Source: Granulicella sp. (GTDB taxonomy: Bacteria; Acidobacteriota; Terriglobia; Terriglobales; Acidobacteriaceae). Taken from it: a stretch of 64,000 nt of DNA. The stretch is taken from NCBI GenBank assembly GCA_003132145.1, contig PKWU01000045.1, positions 1,099-65,098 on the forward strand. Reading direction: 5' to 3'. The notes under the pieces were generated by a model, which saw only the letters and a list, made by a program, of their open reading frames with translations, did no database searches and had not been told where the DNA came from. Both the position numbers and the translations under genes were made by a program. Shown here piece by piece: positions 47,154 through 56,631 of the stretch (its first letter is position 1; each line of letters opens with the position of its first letter).

Positions 47154-50100
47154 ATGGTGCGAGCAATGACCGAGCGCAAACCGCGCAGGCCTGGAACCGG
47201 TGGAAGACTACTGCTTTTCTGCGCGATCGCGTGGCTGAGCGGACTGGCTCTGGCGATGGTTTCGGAGTACCACGGACAGGTCACCTTCGGAGGGCTGCCG
47301 CTTCCAGGCTCGACGGTGACGGTGACAGCCACGCAGGGAGACAAGACGGCGGTTGCGATCACGGACTCGCAGGGCTTCTATTCCTTTCCCGACCTCGCCG
47401 ATGGGAAGTGGACAATCGCGATCGAGATGACGGGGTTTGCGCCGGTGAAGCAGGAGGTGACGGTGGCGCCCAATGCGGCGGCCGGCGCGTTCGAGATGAA
47501 GCTGCTGTCGCTGGAGCAGATGCGGGCATCGGCCAAGCCGGTGAAGGAAGAGGGGGCGCCGGCGGCGAGCACGAGTGTCGCGGCGTCGTCAACCCAGGTC
47601 TCAGAATCGAGACCTGGGGCACCCGCGAGCCAGAGCGCGCCAACAGCGAATACGGCTGCGGCCGCGGCCGCGGGTACGGCGGCAACGACGAAGAAGAAGG
47701 GTGCGGCTGCAACGACGCAGGAGGCGAATGCGGATGCACCGGCGGCCCCGATGGCGTCTCCCGAGCCGGACGCTACTGCGCAACAGGCCAACGATGGGTT
47801 GCTCATCAATGGAAGCCAGAGCAATGCGGCCACATCGCAGTACTCGATGTCGCAGGCATTCGGCAATAACCGCAACGGCGGACGGTCGCTGTACAACGGC
47901 GGACTGAGCCTGGTGCTGAGCAACTCGGCGCTGGATGCCAAGCCATACTCCCTGACCGGGCTGGACATGCCGCAGCAGTCGTTCAACAACTTCACGGCGG
48001 GGGCGAGCTTTGGCGGGCCGCTGAATATTAAACACCTGATGCCGCGCGGGCCCTACTTCAACATCTTGTACAGCCGGACGCAGAACAGCACGAATACGGC
48101 GCAGCCAGCGCTGGTGCCGACCGCGGCCGAGCGGGCGGGGAATTTTTCCGGTTTGGCGATCTTCAATCCGGCCACGGGAACTCAATACACGGGCAATGTG
48201 CCGATCAGCGCGCAGGCGCAGGCGCTGCTGAATTTCTATCCGCTTCCACTGCCCAGCCTGGCGGGAAATACGCAGTACAACTACCAGGTCCCGCTGACCA
48301 GCGACAGCCATCAGGATACGGTGCAGACCACCCTGAGCAGGTCGATCGGAAATAAGAATTACATATATGGAGGGTTCAACTTCACAAGCTCCAGGTCTGG
48401 CAACACAAACCTGTTCGGCTTTCACGATTCGACCGACCTGCTGAACCTCGGCGTCAATGCCACTTGGTACCATCGCTTCACGCAGCGGGTGTGGATGACT
48501 ACTACCTATTCGTTCAGCCGATCGCGGAGCCAGGTGACTCCCTTCTTTGCCAACCGGGAGAATGTGGAGGGCAATGCCGGGATTGCGAATGGTGCGAACA
48601 ACACTGCGACGAATTGGGGGCCACCGAGTCTGAGCTTTTCCAGCAGCATTGCGGGCCTGTCCGATGCGACGAGTTCCTACAATCGCCCTGAGACGAATTC
48701 ACTCTCCTACAACGTGGAGTGGTACCACCAGCGCCACGACATCAAGTTCGGCGGGGACTTTCGCAGGCAGGAGTTTAATTACCTGATGCAGGCGAACCCG
48801 GAGGGATCGCTTGGCTTTACCGGAACGGCGACGCAGTCGAGCACAGGCGCGGGCGGCTCCGATTTTGCGGACTTCCTGTTGGGGATTCCCGACACCAGCA
48901 ACATCGCGTATGGCAACGCGGACAAGTACCTTCGCCAATCGGTCTACGATCTATATGCGCGCGACGACTTCCGTGTGAACTCGGAGTTCAGCGTGAACTG
49001 GGGGATTCGCTGGGAGTATGGAGCGCCGGTTACGGAGTTGAAGGGACGGCTGGTGAATCTGGACATTGGGCCGGGATTTACCGCGGAGCAGGCGGTGTTG
49101 GGCAGCAGTCCGACAGGTCCGCTGACCGGGCAAAGCTATCCAACCTCGCTGGTCCGTCCAGACAAGACAGGAGTCGCGCCGAATATCGGGATTGCGTGGC
49201 GGCCAATCTCTGGGTCGTCGTTGCTGGTGCGAGCGGGCTACCAGATCAACCACGACACGTCGGTGTATCAGTCAGCCGCGTTGTTGATGGCGGAGCAGCA
49301 CGGTACCACGCAGACGCCTCTTTCGACCAGCCTGAGCGTCTCCAACAGCGCAGCCTGCCGGTTTACGATGGCTAACCCGTTTTCCGTTCCGTGTTCCACC
49401 ACGACGCCGGACACGTTTGCGATGGACCCGAACATCCGCGTGGGCTATGTGCAGATCTGGAACCTGTCGGTGCAGCGCGACCTGCCGGGCTCGCTGCAGA
49501 TGGTGGCGAGCTATCTGGGCAACAAGGGGACGCGGGGCGTGCAGGAGTTTATGCCGAATACGGCCCCGGCTGGGGGAACGGACCCGTACGCTGCGTATCC
49601 ATCGGGCTATCTCTATCGCACGTCCAATGGAAACTCGACGCGCGAGGCGGGGAGCATCGAGCTGCGGCGGCGACTGCGCAGCGGGCTGCAGGCGGGCGTG
49701 CGATACACCTATTCAAAGTCGCTGGATGACGTTTACTCGCTGGGCGGGCAGGGAGGCGTTGGCGGAGGGGCCGGCGTGGCGCAGAACTGGCTCGACCTGA
49801 GCGGTCAGCGGGGGTTGTCGAGCAGCGACCAGCGCCATGTGCTGAACGCGAATGTGCAGTACACCACAGGCATGGGGCTGGGCGGAAAGACGCTGATGAG
49901 CGGATGGAAGGGGCTGGCCTACAAAGAATGGACGGTGAGCACGACGATCACGTTGGCCAGCGGGTTGCCGGAGACGCCGATCTACGGTGGAGCGGTTGTG
50001 TCCGGTACGGGATTTACCGGGTCTATCCGGCCAAATGTCACCGGGGTGTCGCCTTATGCGGGCCTGCTTCCGGGCTACCATTTGAATCCAACTGCGTACT

Positions 50101-50366
50101 CTGTACCATCCGGGCAATGGGGAGATGCGCGGAGAGACTCGATCACCGGGCCAAACCAGTTCAGCCTGAATGCGACGATGGCGCGCACGTTCCGGCTGAC
50201 GAAACGGTACAACCTGTCTGCGCAGATCGATGCCACGAATATACTCAACCACGTTACATATACCGGATGGAACACGACCTACATTCCCGGCAGCACGCAA
50301 TTCGGCGAGCCGCTGAATACCAATTTAATGCGACAAATGTCCATCACGATGCGACTGAGGTTCTGA
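47154..50366 (+). CDS. TonB-dependent-receptor-like outer-membrane protein with carboxypeptidase-regulatory-like domain
   Basis: N-terminal beta-sandwich (GFYSFPDLADGKWTI), barrel-type repeats, C-terminal aromatic residue (LRF). Confidence 0.8.
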   Translation: MVRAMTERKPRRPGTGGRLLLFCAIAWLSGLALAMVSEYHGQVTFGGLPLPGSTVTVTATQGDKTAVAITDSQGFYSFPDLADGKWTIAIEMTGFAPVKQEVTVAPNAAAGAFEMKLLSLEQMRASAKPVKEEGAPAASTSVAASSTQVSESRPGAPASQSAPTANTAAAAAAGTAATTKKKGAAATTQEANADAPAAPMASPEPDATAQQANDGLLINGSQSNAATSQYSMSQAFGNNRNGGRSLYNGGLSLVLSNSALDAKPYSLTGLDMPQQSFNNFTAGASFGGPLNIKHLMPRGPYFNILYSRTQNSTNTAQPALVPTAAERAGNFSGLAIFNPATGTQYTGNVPISAQAQALLNFYPLPLPSLAGNTQYNYQVPLTSDSHQDTVQTTLSRSIGNKNYIYGGFNFTSSRSGNTNLFGFHDSTDLLNLGVNATWYHRFTQRVWMTTTYSFSRSRSQVTPFFANRENVEGNAGIANGANNTATNWGPPSLSFSSSIAGLSDATSSYNRPETNSLSYNVEWYHQRHDIKFGGDFRRQEFNYLMQANPEGSLGFTGTATQSSTGAGGSDFADFLLGIPDTSNIAYGNADKYLRQSVYDLYARDDFRVNSEFSVNWGIRWEYGAPVTELKGRLVNLDIGPGFTAEQAVLGSSPTGPLTGQSYPTSLVRPDKTGVAPNIGIAWRPISGSSLLVRAGYQINHDTSVYQSAALLMAEQHGTTQTPLSTSLSVSNSAACRFTMANPFSVPCSTTTPDTFAMDPNIRVGYVQIWNLSVQRDLPGSLQMVASYLGNKGTRGVQEFMPNTAPAGGTDPYAAYPSGYLYRTSNGNSTREAGSIELRRRLRSGLQAGVRYTYSKSLDDVYSLGGQGGVGGGAGVAQNWLDLSGQRGLSSSDQRHVLNANVQYTTGMGLGGKTLMSGWKGLAYKEWTVSTTITLASGLPETPIYGGAVVSGTGFTGSIRPNVTGVSPYAGLLPGYHLNPTAYSVPSGQWGDARRDSITGPNQFSLNATMARTFRLTKRYNLSAQIDATNILNHVTYTGWNTTYIPGSTQFGEPLNTNLMRQMSITMRLRF

Positions 50367-50369
50367 AGA

Positions 50370-52526
50370 ATGCGAATGCTCTATTCCAAGCTGCTCCGAT
50401 CGACTCTCGCCATTTGCTCTGTTGCACTGGCCGCGGGGGCTGGAACGCTATGTTGCGGTGCGCAGTTGACGGGGCAGAACAAGCCGGTCGGCAGCGCGGA
50501 CCAGGCAGCCACAATCAAGGTGACGTCGCGGCTGATCATCGAGACCGTGGGGGTGAAGGACAAGAAGGGGAATCCCATCGGCGGGTTGAGCGCGAAGGAC
50601 TTCTCGATCACCGAAGACGGCGTGGCGCAGAAGATCAGCTTCTGCGAACACCAGGTGTTGACGGAGGATGCCACGCCGCTGGGGGTAACTCCTGCCGGCG
50701 AAGAGAACGTCAAGATCTACAACCGGCTGGCGCGGACCCAGATTGCGCCGGAGTCGGCGGGGGAGATCCGATACAAGGACCACCGACTGCTGGCGCTGTA
50801 CTTCGATATGACGACGATGCCACAGTCGGACCAGATGCGCGCGCTGGAGGCCGCGCAGAAGTTCATCCGGACGCAGATGACATCGGCGGACCTTGTGGCT
50901 ATATTGCGATACTCCGGAAGCTCCGTCGATATACTGCAGGACTTCACAGCCGACCGAAACCATTTGCTGAGCATTCTGGAGACGATGGTGGTGGGAGAAG
51001 GCCAGGAGGGCGCGGAGGTGGCCAACGACGACAGCTCCTCCGATACCGGCGCGGCCTTCGGGCAGGACGACAGCGAGTTCAACATCTTTACCACGGACCG
51101 CCAACTGGCCGCGTTGCAGACGGCTGCCGAGGCGCTGGGACGGTTGAATGAGAAGAAGTCGCTGATCTACTTTGCCAGCGGCCTGAACCTGAATGGGCTG
51201 GACAACCAGGCGCAACTGGTGGCCACCGAGCAGGCGGCGATCCGCGCAGGCGTGTCGTTCTGGCCGATCGACGCTCGCGGGCTGGTGGCGTCGGGGCCGC
51301 TGGGCGATGCGACGCAAGGCTCGCAGGGCGGCTCGGCGATGTATACCGGGGGAGCCGCGTCGGCGATGATGAGCCGCTTTGCGCGCTCGCAGGACACGCT
51401 GTTTGCGCTGGCCGGAGATACCGGGGGAAAGGCGCTGCTGGACAACAACGACCTGGGCCGGGGGATTGTGAATGCGCAGCACGCGCAATCGGATTACTAC
51501 ATTCTGGGCTACTACACGAGCAATACGGCGGTGAACGGGAAGTTCCGCAAGGTGAAGGTTACGTTGAACTCGGAGATGGCCGCCAATCTGGACTTCCGGC
51601 AGGGGTACTTCGGAGAGAAGGAGTGGGGCAAGTTTACGACCGCGGACAAAGAGCGCCAACTGGAGGATGCGCTGATGCAGGGTGATCCGTGGACGGAACT
51701 CACGATTGCGGTGGAGATCAATTACTTCCAGTTGAACAAAGCGGAGTATTTCGTTCCGGTGTTTGTGAAGGTTCCCGGGCGTGAGCTTGCGCTGGCGAAA
51801 CGAGGGGGCGCCGACCGGACGCATATCGACCTTGTGGGGGAGATCAAGGACGACTACGGCGGGACGACGCAGACCAATATCCGCGACCACTTCGATGCAA
51901 AGCTGAGCGACGCCACGGCGACGGAGTGGGCCAAGCGCCCGGTTGTGTTCTCGTCCGGATATACGCTGTTGCCGGGCAAGTACACGATCAAAGTGCTTGC
52001 GCGGGATGACGAGACGGGCAGGATTGGGACGTTCCAGACCAGCTTTGTGGTTCCCAACCTGAGTAAGGAGACGAAGCGTGTGCCGATCAGCTCGGTTGTG
52101 CTGTCGGGCCAGCGGCAGCCGTATGCAAACGCGATTTATAACGTTGCCAATGGGAAGGAGCAAGCCAAGCAGACAGCCGTGGACCCGCTGGTGCAGAACG
52201 GGCAGCAGCTGGTGCCGAGCGTGACCCGTGTGTTCAGCAAGGGGCGCAGCCTGTATGTGTTCCTGCAGGCCTACGAGCAAGGGGCGGCGACCGCTCAGCC
52301 GCTGATGGGTTATGTGAGCTTCTATCAGGGGCAGACGAAGGTGTACGAGACGCAGCTCGTGGAGGTGTCGCCCAATCCGAATACACGACTGGAGACTGCG
52401 CCACTCAATTTCACGGTTGATCTGAGCCAGCTTCAGCCGGGCAAGTACGACTGTCAGGTGACCGTACTCGATCCAACCGGAGCGAAGGGAGCATTCTGGC
52501 AGGCGCCGATCCTGCTGGTGCCGTAA
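50370..52526 (+). CDS. Acidobacterial VWA-related domain protein
   Basis: LYFDMTTM, KKSLIYFASG, WPIDARGL, LAGDTGGKA, YYILGYY, R.GY. Confidence 0.88.
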   Translation: MRMLYSKLLRSTLAICSVALAAGAGTLCCGAQLTGQNKPVGSADQAATIKVTSRLIIETVGVKDKKGNPIGGLSAKDFSITEDGVAQKISFCEHQVLTEDATPLGVTPAGEENVKIYNRLARTQIAPESAGEIRYKDHRLLALYFDMTTMPQSDQMRALEAAQKFIRTQMTSADLVAILRYSGSSVDILQDFTADRNHLLSILETMVVGEGQEGAEVANDDSSSDTGAAFGQDDSEFNIFTTDRQLAALQTAAEALGRLNEKKSLIYFASGLNLNGLDNQAQLVATEQAAIRAGVSFWPIDARGLVASGPLGDATQGSQGGSAMYTGGAASAMMSRFARSQDTLFALAGDTGGKALLDNNDLGRGIVNAQHAQSDYYILGYYTSNTAVNGKFRKVKVTLNSEMAANLDFRQGYFGEKEWGKFTTADKERQLEDALMQGDPWTELTIAVEINYFQLNKAEYFVPVFVKVPGRELALAKRGGADRTHIDLVGEIKDDYGGTTQTNIRDHFDAKLSDATATEWAKRPVVFSSGYTLLPGKYTIKVLARDDETGRIGTFQTSFVVPNLSKETKRVPISSVVLSGQRQPYANAIYNVANGKEQAKQTAVDPLVQNGQQLVPSVTRVFSKGRSLYVFLQAYEQGAATAQPLMGYVSFYQGQTKVYETQLVEVSPNPNTRLETAPLNFTVDLSQLQPGKYDCQVTVLDPTGAKGAFWQAPILLVP

Positions 52527-53095
52527 TGCCATATCTACTTGCGCTGTAAGCCCGACCCCATAAAACTGCGCTGGGCCCTTGCTCTGGATCTGCTAGGCGT
52601 ACTCTGTGGCGTCAGCGGATAGAGCAGGGCGGGAACCATCCTGCTGGCAACGAGCGCCGTTGCGATTGTGCTCGCGCTGCACCTTGCGCAGCGGTCACAC
52701 GGCCTCGCTAAAGTTCAGGGCATTCACCCCAGCTTTCCGTCGTTCATCCGAATCGCTTACGCATGGCTGGCGGTAGCAGGTGGCATGGGCATCTGGGCGG
52801 CCTTTGCGGACCAACATGGCGGAATCTGGGGCGCATCGCGCCATGCCCTAACGGTCGGCTTCGCAGCGACCATGGTTTTCTCCATCGGGCCACGCATCCT
52901 GCCCCACTTTGCCGGTGTCCGCGCCATCTTCAGCAATACGAAGGCATCCTTCCGTTTGCGTGGAAGGTGCTGCCCCTCTCCGGCATCTTGGAACTCAGCG
53001 CCGTTCTCTTATTCGCGGCCAATATCACTCTCGCCCTCCTGCTCGGCCACTCCGTATTTGCAGCAGATGGTCCGCACGAACATGTTGTGGCGTAG
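52527..53095 (+). pseudogene. NnrS-like membrane protein remnant
   Basis: GASRHALTVGF...RILP. No start codon, in-frame TAG at 52620, frame switch between ...AIFS and YEGILPFAW near 52935. Confidence 0.7.
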
Positions 53096-53208
53096 CGCCA
53101 TCCAGAAATCTACAGCCAGAAAGCAACTTTCACTGCACCAGATGTGTAATTCTCAATCCGAACAGAGTTTCCAGCTTGACCGTGCATATTGACTGGCAAA
53201 TCCATTCG

Positions 53209-53223
53209 TATCGTGTCACGATA
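53209..53223. promoter_or_regulatory. Putative MarR operator TATCGT-N3-ACGATA
   Basis: Matches the palindrome in front of the marR start (58731-58749). Confidence 0.55.
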
Positions 53224-53303
53224 TAGTTGAATCAGGATTTGCCGAGCGTGTCGCGTGCCAAGCATTGCAGATCTATAAATAAGTCGATGAGGCAGGATCT
53301 TTC

Positions 53304-53319
53304 TGTGACTAAAGTCCCT
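53304..53319 (+). promoter_or_regulatory. CRP-type box upstream of qNor
   Basis: TGTGA-ctaaag-TCCCT; -10 TATCTT at 53341. Confidence 0.8.
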
Positions 53320-53411
53320 GCATTGCTTTTGACAGCACGCTATCTTGGTTCTGCCGCATCTCCCCAATGGGATCGATCAATGCACTTCACCTTCTTCAAC
53401 GAGGACAAATT

Positions 53412-55691
53412 ATGAACTACAAGCGGTATTGGTGGGCGCTGGCGATTGTCATCGTCGGTTCGTTTATGGTTCTGGGCGGCGAGGGCCGCAAGATGATCGG
53501 CGGAGCGCCGCCCCTTGCCGATGTCTACACCACGGACGGACAGCTTCTCTTCACCGGCAGTTCCATCACGGATGGACAGGGCGTGTGGCAGTCCATCGGC
53601 GGGCAGGAGATCGGCACCGTCTGGGGCCATGGGGCGTACGTTGCTCCCGACTGGAGCGCCGATTGGCTGCATCGCGAATCCGAGTTCCTACTCAACAGAT
53701 GGGCGATCCGCGACGGCGCGCCCGACTTTGCCGCGCTCAATCTGGATCAGCAGGCCATACTCAAGGCGCGGCTGATTCGCGATATGCGAACCAATACCTA
53801 CGACGCATCGACCAATCGCGTCACCATCGACGCCGATCGCGCGGCTTCTTTCACGCAGCTTGCAGCCTATTATTCCAATGTCTTCGCCAGCGGACGCTCC
53901 GAGTATGCCATTCCGCGCGGCGCTTTGACCAACCTTCAGAAGCAGCGCCAGCTTGCGGCATTCTTCTGGTGGACATCATGGGCGGCCAGCACCCAGCGGC
54001 CCGACTCGACCACCACCTATACCAACAACTGGCCACATGAGCCACTGATTGCCAATGAACTCACCTCTGGCGCGTTGCTCTGGAGCATTCTTAGCATTGT
54101 CGGTCTGCTGGCCGGAATCGGCGGCATGGTCTGGTGGTACGCATCGCAGGAGAAGGCCCTTGTTCACGGCCCCTATCCGGCAACAGATCCCTTCCTGGCA
54201 GTGAAGGCGACACCCTCGCAACGCGCCACGATGAAGTACTTCTTCGTGGTCGTGATCCTGTGGGGCGTGCAGATTGCGATGGGCATCCTGACCGCTCACT
54301 ATGCAGTTGAAGGGAGCGGATTTTATGGCTTCCCACTGGACCGCTATCTGCCCTATGCAGTGACCCGAACGTGGCATCTACAACTCGCTATCTTTTGGAT
54401 CGCCACATCGTGGCTGGCAACGGGCCTCTATGTTGGTCCGGCAGTGACCGGACACGAGCCGAAGTATCAACGGCTCGGCGTCAATGTGCTCTTTGGCGCA
54501 TTGATTCTTGTAGTCGGCGGCTCACTCGCCGGCGAGTGGATGGGCATCCAGCAGCGACTGGGCAATATGTGGTTCTGGTTCGGAAGCCAGGGGTACGAAT
54601 ACGTCGATCTTGGAAGATTCTGGCAGATATTACTCTTCATCGGTCTGGTTCTCTGGCTGGCGTTGATGGTGGCTGCGCTCAAGCCTGCGCTGGTTCGCAA
54701 GAGCGAGGACCGCGCCCTGCTCACACTCTTTCTCATCTCCAGCATCGCGATCCCGCTCTTCTATGCCGCTGGCCTCATGTACGGGCAACGCAGCAATCTC
54801 GTCACCGCCGAGTACTGGCGCTGGTGGGTTGTTCATCTCTGGGTCGAAGGCTTCTTTGAAGTATTTGCAACCGTGGTGATCGCGTTTCTCTTCACGCGAC
54901 TCAAGCTGATCGAGATTCGCACTGCAACCAAGGCCGCTCTTTTTTCGACGACGATATTCCTTTCCGGCGGAATCATCGGCACCTTCCATCACCTGTACTT
55001 TGCAGGCGCAACTCCGGCGGTGATCGCTCTGGGCGCAATCTTCAGCGCGTTCGAGGTTGTGCCGCTCACGCTGGTCGGGTACGAGGCGTGGGAGAACATT
55101 CGTCTTGCACAGCCGATGCAGAAGGCGCCATGGATCGCGAACTACAAGTGGCCGATCTATTTCTTCGTCTCGGTCGCCTTCTGGAACCTGGTTGGAGCGG
55201 GCCTCTTCGGCTTCCTCATCAATCCACCGGTCGCGCTTTACTATGTGCAGGGGTTGAACCTCACTCCCCTTCACGGGCACACTGCGCTCTTCGGCGTGTA
55301 CGGAATGCTCGGGCTGGGGCTCACGCTCTTCTGCATGAGGGCGATGGGGCCGGAACGACCGTGGAAGGAGGGGGCGCTCAAGTTTTCCTTCTGGTCTCTC
55401 AATATCGGCTTGAGCCTCATGGTTCTCCTCAGCCTGTTGCCGGTCGGCCTTCTCCAGGCGTGGGCATCGATCCAGTACGGCACCTGGTACGCGCGTTCTG
55501 CGGAGTTTCTGCAAACGGGACACATGCAGGCTCTACGCTGGATGCGTGTCCCCGGCGATGTTCTGTTTGCCGCTGGAGCCGCGCTCTTCGCTTGGTTCAT
55601 CCTCGGCTTGCTGACCGGCCATTCCTACGACGATACAAAGTCCACTGAAGGAGATACATCGTTGCACGATATGAACAATCGGCTCGCGTAG
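53412..55691 (+). CDS. norB: Quinol-dependent nitric oxide reductase (qNor)
   Basis: GTVWGHGAYVAPDW, RTWHLQ, WVVHLWVEGFFE, GTFHH, HGHTALFGVYG, WMRVPGD. Confidence 0.96.
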   Translation: MNYKRYWWALAIVIVGSFMVLGGEGRKMIGGAPPLADVYTTDGQLLFTGSSITDGQGVWQSIGGQEIGTVWGHGAYVAPDWSADWLHRESEFLLNRWAIRDGAPDFAALNLDQQAILKARLIRDMRTNTYDASTNRVTIDADRAASFTQLAAYYSNVFASGRSEYAIPRGALTNLQKQRQLAAFFWWTSWAASTQRPDSTTTYTNNWPHEPLIANELTSGALLWSILSIVGLLAGIGGMVWWYASQEKALVHGPYPATDPFLAVKATPSQRATMKYFFVVVILWGVQIAMGILTAHYAVEGSGFYGFPLDRYLPYAVTRTWHLQLAIFWIATSWLATGLYVGPAVTGHEPKYQRLGVNVLFGALILVVGGSLAGEWMGIQQRLGNMWFWFGSQGYEYVDLGRFWQILLFIGLVLWLALMVAALKPALVRKSEDRALLTLFLISSIAIPLFYAAGLMYGQRSNLVTAEYWRWWVVHLWVEGFFEVFATVVIAFLFTRLKLIEIRTATKAALFSTTIFLSGGIIGTFHHLYFAGATPAVIALGAIFSAFEVVPLTLVGYEAWENIRLAQPMQKAPWIANYKWPIYFFVSVAFWNLVGAGLFGFLINPPVALYYVQGLNLTPLHGHTALFGVYGMLGLGLTLFCMRAMGPERPWKEGALKFSFWSLNIGLSLMVLLSLLPVGLLQAWASIQYGTWYARSAEFLQTGHMQALRWMRVPGDVLFAAGAALFAWFILGLLTGHSYDDTKSTEGDTSLHDMNNRLA

Positions 55692-55790
55692 GCAGCATAT
55701 AGCCGTAATGCACCTGTACCAGCGCGGCGCCTTTCATGGAACACTCCCCACGAAGGCGCCGCGTGCAACCGCATCGACAAGGAGAGCCAA

Positions 55791-56213
55791 ATGAAACGCT
55801 ACTATAGTGAAGGTGAGGCACTTACCAGGCTTCCCGAATTGGATCAGCCATTGCTTCAATCCAATCTACCCGCAGAGATCGAGAATCTACGACTCGCAGA
55901 CTCGTGGCAACGAGGGACAGGGCGGAGCTCCAAGACACTGTTGAATTCTCCAGCTTGTGGCATTTTGCTAATCGCCATGAAGCAGAACACGGAGACGAAA
56001 GAACATCGCGTAGATGGAAGGATCACGATTCACACCCTCGTCGGCCATATAAGGTTGAGGTTGCCCAATCAAATGGTTGAACTTCCTGCAGGCCATCTGC
56101 TGATGCTCGATCGCGGTATTGCGCATGACGTTCAGGCGGTGGATGAGAGTGTCTTCCTGCTCACTATGTGCTGGCATGGTGGCGCCGCCAGAACAGCTCC
56201 TGACAACGTATAG
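55791..56213 (+). CDS. Cupin-fold protein
   Basis: EHRVDGRITIHTLVG, HDVQAVDESVFLLT. Confidence 0.75.
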   Translation: MKRYYSEGEALTRLPELDQPLLQSNLPAEIENLRLADSWQRGTGRSSKTLLNSPACGILLIAMKQNTETKEHRVDGRITIHTLVGHIRLRLPNQMVELPAGHLLMLDRGIAHDVQAVDESVFLLTMCWHGGAARTAPDNV

Positions 56214-56283
56214 GAGGCGCGCGCATTGCGGCTTGCCGCGTGCAACAGAATCCAACAAGTAGCTTCACTCAAAGGAGAAGTTC

Positions 56284-56607
56284 ATGGACTACACATTCCT
56301 GGCCAACCTGCAGACGGAGTTTGCGCTGCCTGAAAAAGGCATCCTGAGCCGCGTGCTGCACAAGGACGAACACGCCAACGTCACGCTCTTCGGATTCTCC
56401 GCTGGAGAGGAACTCTCTGGGCACTCATCGCCGACTCCGGCTGTTCTCTACTTCATCGAAGGAGAGGCAGAAGTCCAGTTGGGAGAGGATAAGGTCAACG
56501 CCCAGCCAGGCTCATTCGTCTACATGCCTCCCATGCTACCTCACGGCATCTCCGCTAAAACGGCGGTTCGAATGCTGCTCGTTCAGATGAAGGCTCCTGC
56601 GCGCTAA
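56284..56607 (+). CDS. Cupin-domain protein
   Basis: FSAGEELSGH, LPHGISA. Confidence 0.8.
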   Translation: MDYTFLANLQTEFALPEKGILSRVLHKDEHANVTLFGFSAGEELSGHSSPTPAVLYFIEGEAEVQLGEDKVNAQPGSFVYMPPMLPHGISAKTAVRMLLVQMKAPAR

Positions 56608-56631
56608 CCTGAGCGCGTCGTTCGCCGCGCC

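Noticed and set aside
52668-53192. 174-aa ORF as an intact gene
   Set aside because: Similarity to the membrane-protein family stops at AIFS and continues in another frame; treated as part of the pseudogene.
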